Shown here in pieces: positions 58,214 through 64,000 of a stretch of DNA of 64,000 bases. Under the pieces are notes generated by a model. The model did not search any database. It worked only from the letters and a program-made list of their open reading frames with translations, and was not told the DNA's origin. The DNA is from an uncultured Clostridia bacterium (GTDB taxonomy: Bacteria > Bacillota > Clostridia > TANB77 > CAG-508), in contig CANQXD010000003.1 of the NCBI GenBank assembly GCA_947627755.1, positions 4,173-68,172 of the forward strand. Direction: 5' to 3'. The first letter of the stretch is position 1. Each line of letters opens with the position of its first letter. Both the position numbers and the translations under genes were made by a program.

Positions 58214-59029
58214 TTACCACCTACAAGCAAACCAATTGATTCCAATTATTGTGATAATATTAAAAATTGTTAGATAAAAACCAATGGGTAAATTTTCAAA
58301 ATAAGACATTGCTTTATAATTTTTTCCTCTACTATTTTGCATTATTTTTCTTATTATATTCTCTATACAAAATGTCACTAAACTTAAGAATACTGTTATT
58401 ATATAACCTATTGGATATGAAAAAACTATCATAATAATACTTAATTGCAAAATTTCAATTACATAAGAGCCTTGTATTTTTTTCTTTAAATACTTATTAT
58501 CAATTATTATTAATATAATAAGCAATAATAAGGATATAACATATCTATATATATTAGCTTTTTCTACTATATATAGATAAATCATATACCCTGCTAAAAT
58601 AATAGTTTCATATAAAATTACGCATTTTTGAATAGTTTTTCTTTCTTTATCAATTCCCGCTATTATAATTAAGCCAGCAAAATATAATAGCCCTACTAAC
58701 AAATATACTAATTTACTAACTTCTAATTTTTCAAATGATAAATTAAGTGACATAGCAAATAAAAGAAATATTGTACCTGATAATATTTCTAAAAGTAAAT
58801 AACGAATTCTAATTTTTTCTTTGCAATAATGACATTTTCCCTTTAACGCTAAATAGCTTAAAATAGGAATCATATCCCAAAATCCAAGTTTATGATTGCA
58901 ATTTGGACAATAAGAACGTTTATGGGTAATGTCTTGATGTAAAGGAAGTCTATATACTGCCAAAGTAAAAAAGCTTCCAAATAGAGTTCCAATGCAAAAA
59001 ATTAAAAAATAAAAAATAAATTGTTCCAT
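58214..59029 (-). CDS. pilD: prepilin peptidase (A24 family, divergent)
   Basis: N-terminal Zn-binding region CPNCNHKL...CHYCKEKI, a first Asp region (IIAGIDKERKTI) and polytopic topology. The usual GxGD(V/F)KL box is not obvious (closest is IIDNKYL). Confidence 0.8.
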   Translation of the reverse strand: MEQFIFYFLIFCIGTLFGSFFTLAVYRLPLHQDITHKRSYCPNCNHKLGFWDMIPILSYLALKGKCHYCKEKIRIRYLLLEILSGTIFLLFAMSLNLSFEKLEVSKLVYLLVGLLYFAGLIIIAGIDKERKTIQKCVILYETIILAGYMIYLYIVEKANIYRYVISLLLLIILIIIDNKYLKKKIQGSYVIEILQLSIIMIVFSYPIGYIITVFLSLVTFCIENIIRKIMQNSRGKNYKAMSYFENLPIGFYLTIFNIITIIGINWFACRW

Positions 59030-59046
59030 TTTCTTTCCATTTTACT

Positions 59047-59090
59047 AAAAAATATGAGGTTACCTAAATACAAAATTGGTAACCTCATAT
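59047..59090 (-). terminator. strong hairpin/terminator immediately after the major pilin gene
   Basis: Perfect 13-bp stem atatgaggttacc / ggtaacctcatat (59052-59064 / 59078-59090). On the minus strand it is followed by TTTTT. Confidence 0.8.
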
Positions 59091-59145
59091 TTAGTTTTTT
59101 AGCTAATAAATTAAATAATTTTGCTAATTAGATAATTATGCTTTA

Positions 59146-59364
59146 TTATTCCCAGCCTTTGTCGTCTATATATTTTTCAACGTTAGTAAAATCACTTTGC
59201 TCTTGATTAGCTGCTGCTGCATAATTTTCACGACCTTGTTTTGCCTTATTGAATAATCCATTTTGTCCTAATACCATAGAAATAGATATTCCAGCTAAGA
59301 TAATAAGTACAACAATAGTAATTACTAATGCAACAAGTGTAATACCTTTTTGTCCTTTTAACAT
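59146..59364 (-). CDS. major pilin candidate, 72 aa (65 aa mature), non-canonical prepilin
   Basis: MLKGQKG|ITLVALVITIVVLIILAGISISMVLGQNGLFNKAKQ... Strong RBS AAGGAGG and its own downstream hairpin. No room for a globular head domain. Confidence 0.8.
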   Translation of the reverse strand: MLKGQKGITLVALVITIVVLIILAGISISMVLGQNGLFNKAKQGRENYAAAANQEQSDFTNVEKYIDDKGWE

Positions 59365-59431
59365 AAAAAATTCCTCCTTATATTTATTTTTTTGTATATA
59401 TTTATTTTTATAAATATAACCTAAATATTAA

Positions 59432-59866
59432 TTATTTTAGTCCTGTTTTTGGACTACTTACTGTATTTCCCGTACTTCCCGTGCTTCCTGTATTTTGATT
59501 GTTTCCTGCTTGTCCATTTGATGAATTATTATCTGGCGTGTCAGTTCCTACTATCGTAGTACCTGCATCACTTTCTACTGTAGTTGCAAATGGATTTTCT
59601 TTGCTAGGGTCGTAAGTTCTATCTTTTTGATAAATATTTAAATCTGCTCCTTCTATTACATATACTCTATTTTGTAATTCTATTTCGTTATCAATTGTTT
59701 CTTCTTTTAATGCATTTTGAACACTTTCTGGTGTAGTATATGCAATTTTATTTGGAACTACTTTACTAATTGGGTTATCATCATAAAATAATACACTTAA
59801 TAATAAGATGATAACAACACATAGTAATAAAATGATAATCATTTCTTTTAATATGGTTTTAATCAT
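59432..59866 (-). CDS. bitopic pilus-cluster protein of unknown role
   Basis: N-terminal TM (MIIILLLCVVIILLLSVLFY), then a small domain and an Asn/Gly/Ser/Thr-rich tail. Lies between the pilO-like and pilin genes. Confidence 0.55.
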   Translation of the reverse strand: MIKTILKEMIIILLLCVVIILLLSVLFYDDNPISKVVPNKIAYTTPESVQNALKEETIDNEIELQNRVYVIEGADLNIYQKDRTYDPSKENPFATTVESDAGTTIVGTDTPDNNSSNGQAGNNQNTGSTGSTGNTVSSPKTGLK

Positions 59867-59883
59867 TTTTTTACTCCTTTACT

Positions 59884-60573
59884 TTAGTCTTCATTTGTAT
59901 TAGTATTTTCCTGCGTATCACTAGATTCTTGTGAATCATTAGTTTCTTGCGTATCTGTTGTGCTTGTTGCATTTACTGATTGTGTTGAAGTGTTACCTTG
60001 TACTGTTACATTTTTAACTGTAAATGTTCCTTGTAATATTTCACCTTGATAAGGTAATAGTTTGAAGTTTTGTATTCTAAAGTTTAAATCTGTATCATTT
60101 TCAATAGCATAAATGAAGTTTGTAATTGCTATATATGAACCATTTACTGTAAATCTTATATCATTTACACCATTAGTACCTGTACTACTTGAAACGATTT
60201 CAAATGTTAGTAAAACTCCTTGCTTTCTAGCATGTGTTCCTAATGTTGTCCATAAAAATTCAATAGTATAACTTTTTTGTTCCATTGCTGCTAAAATTTC
60301 TGCATCTGTACTTACATTCGTATATTGTAAATATTCTTCTTCTGCTTCTTTTAAATTTTTTTCTGCATTTGTTAGCTCTGATCTTTTTTTAGGATAGTCA
60401 ACATCAATCATAGCATTGGCTTCTTCAATTTTGGTATTTAATTCTTGTGCTTTTTGTTCTATTTGCTCTATACTTAAAATTTGTATACTACCAAATTGCA
60501 TTCCATTTCTTAAGGCTACATAGCCTAGAGCAAGAAATAAAACAATGATAATACTTAATAATATCTTTCTCAT
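59884..60573 (-). CDS. PilO-like pilus alignment protein
   Basis: N-terminal TM, a coiled coil (QKAQELNTKIEEANAMI...NLKEAEEEY) and a C-terminal beta-rich domain. ATGA overlap with the pilMN stop. Assignment rests on architecture and position. Confidence 0.5.
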   Translation of the reverse strand: MRKILLSIIIVLFLALGYVALRNGMQFGSIQILSIEQIEQKAQELNTKIEEANAMIDVDYPKKRSELTNAEKNLKEAEEEYLQYTNVSTDAEILAAMEQKSYTIEFLWTTLGTHARKQGVLLTFEIVSSSTGTNGVNDIRFTVNGSYIAITNFIYAIENDTDLNFRIQNFKLLPYQGEILQGTFTVKNVTVQGNTSTQSVNATSTTDTQETNDSQESSDTQENTNTNED

Positions 60574-62219
60574 GGCAAGTCTCCTTCTATTACAACTTTT
60601 ACAATACCATTTTGTTTTACACCAGAAGTAGAAACTATTGTACTAGGGCTTAAAATTCCATCAACAATTAACTTGCTCTTGAAAAATCCTAGTAAATCAT
60701 ATTCCTTAGCTTGTGCTTGGATAACAATATGGGAATTTGAAGTATTTTCTATTGACGTTAAAGTAACTCCTTTTGGAATAACATTCATAATTCTTGTTAA
60801 TAACAATGGAATCACATTTTTTGTTCTTAGCTTTTCTTGTGCTTCATCACTATAATTTTTAAGATTTTCTGTCATTGTTTCATAATTAGTAGCTTTACTA
60901 TTTAATGCTTGCACATCTTTATCTGCTAAACTTATTTGTTCTCTTGTATCTTCTTTTAAACGTTCAACTTCTGCTATTTTACTATCTGTTTGAACTTTTA
61001 AGAAAGTTACCATAGCAAAATAGATAATTAAGAATGCTACTATTCCTGAAGTTAATCTTAACATCCATTTTTCTGTATTGTCCCATTTTGCTTTTAAGTC
61101 GAACGATAAATTTAAAGAAGAAAAGATGTTTTTCTTTTTGCCTTTTGAATTATTAGCGTTATTTTTACTGTTTCCTTCTAATTTTAACCAACTTGGCATT
61201 TGATCCACTAATGTTGGTTTTTTAAAGTTTATGGTCTTAATTCCATAACCTAAACCTTGCATAGCAAGAGCTATAGCAGAGTTTACTTCAATATAATCTT
61301 TCATATTGATTTTTATATTGTCTGGTACAAAGTATGGTTTTAAGATTTCGCATTTAATATTTGGAAAATACTCTTGAAAGTATAAATCTACATTGCTAAT
61401 TATACTTCCAGTTCCTGTAATATAAATTTTATTTATATGGTCTATTTCTAAGTTTTCTACTAATGTTTTTGTTTTTTGCACAATTTGATATAATGTAGGC
61501 ATTATATCTTCTAAATATAAATTTTCATCTTCTTGTCCAAGTTCTTTTCCTTCCATAGTGTAAATAGTAGTATTTTTACAGATTTCATAAGCTTTTGCAT
61601 AAGAATTTTCTTTTGAATTAATATTGTCTAAAATGACGTCCATTCCTTCTTCTAATTTATCTACTTGATACACTCTTTCTTCTACCATAGTAGTAATACT
61701 TGTTTTTTCTTCAATATTAACAATAATAGAATTTTCCTTTGATTTAATATCTACTAAATTAGGAATTACCATAGCAAGTGGTGACATACAAGAGATAGAA
61801 TTTCCTTCAAATTCTTGCATTTTTCTATTAATTTCTACTTTATTTACAGATATATAAATTGCTTTTATTTTTTCGTTATTTTTCATATCTGGTACTAAAG
61901 CATAACGTGTTTCTAACGCATTTCTGTTGTAACCTTTATCAAAGCAATATGAATCAAACTCTGTTTCTATTGCTTTTTTTAAGTCATTTTTATTAAGTAG
62001 ATTAAAAAAGTAGAAATATTGATAAGTTTCCTCTGATAAATTAATACTAATTGGTATTTTGTAGCTAAAAGTTTCAGAAATGATTTGATTAATTGCTTCA
62101 CCAATTTTATCATAAAATTTTACACCAAAAGATTCTACTTTTAGTAAGTCACGTTCTTTAGTTACTTTTGCATATTTAATTAAATTGTTTTCAATATATA
62201 AACCTAAACAACTTGGCAT
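60570..62219 (-). CDS. pilMN: fused PilM-PilN pilus alignment protein
   Basis: N-terminal actin-like PilM-type domain (about 330 aa), then TM (LTSGIVAFLIIYFAMVTFL), a coiled coil and a PilN-like C-domain. A fused pilMN is known in clostridial T4P loci. Confidence 0.7.
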   Translation of the reverse strand: MPSCLGLYIENNLIKYAKVTKERDLLKVESFGVKFYDKIGEAINQIISETFSYKIPISINLSEETYQYFYFFNLLNKNDLKKAIETEFDSYCFDKGYNRNALETRYALVPDMKNNEKIKAIYISVNKVEINRKMQEFEGNSISCMSPLAMVIPNLVDIKSKENSIIVNIEEKTSITTMVEERVYQVDKLEEGMDVILDNINSKENSYAKAYEICKNTTIYTMEGKELGQEDENLYLEDIMPTLYQIVQKTKTLVENLEIDHINKIYITGTGSIISNVDLYFQEYFPNIKCEILKPYFVPDNIKINMKDYIEVNSAIALAMQGLGYGIKTINFKKPTLVDQMPSWLKLEGNSKNNANNSKGKKKNIFSSLNLSFDLKAKWDNTEKWMLRLTSGIVAFLIIYFAMVTFLKVQTDSKIAEVERLKEDTREQISLADKDVQALNSKATNYETMTENLKNYSDEAQEKLRTKNVIPLLLTRIMNVIPKGVTLTSIENTSNSHIVIQAQAKEYDLLGFFKSKLIVDGILSPSTIVSTSGVKQNGIVKVVIEGDLP

Positions 62220-62506
62220 GATAACTCCTTCTTTTGTTTTTGAAAATTTATATTATTATAGTTTGCAAAAAAATACAAAAAATACTTTTCTTTTTTTATT
62301 TTATTTTTCATATTTTTCCGTTTTTTGTCATATTATGATAAATCTGTCTCTATTTTATCTTTTTTTTATTGAAAGTCAATAGTTTTAATATACTTGTAAT
62401 TTAAATGTAATATTATTGTAATATTTTATAATTTTTTTTATTTTTATATAATTTTTCAAATAATTATTCAAAATTTTGCACTTATTTTTTAATTGCTAAA
62501 AAATTA

Positions 62507-62552
62507 AGCCATAGATTTTCTTTTAAATAAATTTTTAAGAAAATCTATGGCT
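62507..62552 (-). terminator. rho-independent terminator of uppP
   Basis: Perfect 16-bp stem agccatagattttctt / aagaaaatctatggct with a 14-nt loop. On the minus strand it is followed by TAATTTTTT. Confidence 0.8.
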
Positions 62553-62567
62553 CGATATATTTATTGC

Positions 62568-63388
62568 TTATCTTATAAAACATATTGCTATAATAATAAT
62601 TCCCAATATTACACGATAAATGGCAAATATTTTAAAACTTCCTTTTTTTAGATAATTTAGCAAAAATTTGATGACAAAAAGTCCTACTAAAAAGCTAGTA
62701 ACAACACCTATTAGGAATGGCAAATCGAAAACAAAATGTTTCATTTCGTATAAAGCGGCAGCTGCTACAATTGGTGTAGATAATAGGAAAGAATATTTTG
62801 CAACTGATTCTCTGTCAATTTGTAACTTTCTTCCTACAGTCATTGTAATTCCTGATCTTGAAACTCCCGGAAATGCAGCTGCAAGTGCTTGTGAAATTGA
62901 AATTAGAATTGATTGTTTTAAGGTAATATCTTTGTAAGATATTTTTGATTTTGCTTTTTTATATATAATACAATTCCCATTACAATTAAAGCAATTGCTA
63001 TTAGTATCATTTCTACTGATATTATTTCTACGTGAAATGCACTGGATAATCCTTCTATTATTTTTTCTGATATTTTATCTAATACTAAGCTTAAAATGCC
63101 TGCTGGAATTGTTGCAATAACAATATACCAGAAAATTTTTCCTTCTGTTGATTTTTCTTTTTTTACTACTTGCTTGTATCCGCCTTTTATTAAATTAACC
63201 CAATCTTTAAAGAAGAATACTAAAATTGAAAATAAAGTTCCAATATGTAATGCTACATCAAATGATGGTGTCATTTCTCCCCACTGAAATAGCCATGGAA
63301 ATAAGTTTAAATGAGCTGAACTAGAAATTGGTAGTAATTCTGTTAATCCTTGTACAATTCCTAATATAATCGCTTGTGTTATATTCAT
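62568..63388 (-). pseudogene. uppP: undecaprenyl-diphosphatase UppP/BacA, split by a -1 frameshift in a homopolymer
   Basis: ORF 62918-63388 (GIVQGLTELLPISSSAHL...) and ORF 62568-62843 (...KYSFLLSTP...) are the two halves. The intervening frame reads SYKDITLKQSILISISQALAAAFPGVSRSGIT. One extra T in the T6 run at 62955-62960 would fuse them. The span is 821 nt (3n+2). Confidence 0.85.
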
Positions 63389-63438
63389 TTTTCTTCCTCC
63401 TATGTTTTATCTATTTAAATTTTAACTTTTAATTTTTT

Positions 63439-64000
63439 CTATTGTTCCATTTCTTTTATTATATGAAAGATTGTATCTTTAATAAATTCTGCTGAAGTAA
63501 GTGGTGCTACTTTTCCTGGAAGAGCAAGTGCCCATATTGTTTTTATGCCTTGCTTTTTTGCCGCTTCTTGGTCAATTCCACCGAGGATAAGAAGCTAAAT
63601 CTATTAGCACACATTCCTTTTTTAATTTGCTTAGTTCTTCTTCTTTTAATATTATCGTTGGAATTGTATTCATAATAATATCAAATTGACCTAAATTTTT
63701 TTGTATTTCATTTAGTAAAATTGGCTTGTAGCCATATACTTTCATCCATGCGAAATCTTCTTCTTTACCTGCTTCTACAAAAACATTAGCACCTATTCCT
63801 TTTAACATATAAGCTACTGCTTTTCCTACTCTTCCAAATCCTAATACTAAAATATTGCTTCCATGTAAAGTATGAATAGTTTGTTCCATTGCAATTTGAA
63901 TGGCACCTTCTGCCGTTGCAATAGTGTTTAGCACTACTAATTCTTCGCGTTCTAAAATATCAATAATTTTTACATTTTGTTTTGTTGCTTCATCTTTATA
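63439..64000 (-). pseudogene. dpaA: dipicolinate synthase subunit A (SpoVFA/DpaA), 5'-partial in the window and frameshifted near the 3' end
   Basis: LNTIATAEGAIQIAMEQT...LVLGFGRVGKAVA (Rossmann fold)...VLIDLASYP, then PRWN-stop. Shifting one base at ccgagg (63581-63586) restores GGIDQEAAKKQGIKTIWALALPGKVAPLTSAEF...EQ-stop at 63439. The frame stays open up to 64000. Confidence 0.8.

Noticed and set aside
62220-62500. Possible c-di-GMP riboswitch upstream of the pilus operon, as known for the C. difficile pilA1 locus
   Set aside because: The region upstream of pilMN, and the 59365-59431 gap upstream of the pilin gene, are nearly pure A/T with no GC-rich helices. They are incompatible with GEMM-I/II architecture.

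Overview
Very AT-rich chromosomal window from an endospore-forming Firmicute (Clostridia-like; the taxon cannot be fixed from sequence alone). It holds about 60 protein genes, almost all on the minus strand. Recognisable content: the ctsR-mcsA-(mcsB) stress operon with a textbook CtsR operator; two tandem alpha/beta-type SASP genes; hpf, rpsT and rpsF-ssb-rpsR; four aminoacyl-tRNA synthetases (proS, metG, serS, gltX) plus gatCAB; sporulation genes (an M23+M50 pair in spoIVFA/FB arrangement, yyaC, splB, yaaL-bofA, dpaA); uvrC; glmS behind a glmS ribozyme; RNase J; and one two-component system. Two accessory-looking surface systems stand out. (i) A sortase / SipW-type signal peptidase operon (21.8-25.6 kb) encodes three secreted proteins with a TasA-like signal and no LPXTG motif. 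(ii) A complete 10-gene type IV pilus cluster (53.1-62.2 kb) has three prepilins that all carry a KG|I(T/S)(L/I) junction instead of the canonical G|F...E5, including a 72-aa major pilin. Other observations: a dispersed palindromic repeat family (core CCATTGGGGACGTTT) lies just 3' of four minus-strand genes and expands the ctsR-mcsA and gatC-gatA junctions. Three genes are broken by single-base frameshifts (patatin, uppP, dpaA). An LPRTG protein stops right after the motif. Several small, GC-richer orphan ORFs have their own promoters and terminators. No rRNA, tRNA, CRISPR array, IS element or prophage was recognised. All calls come from manual reading and motif recognition; no searches were run.
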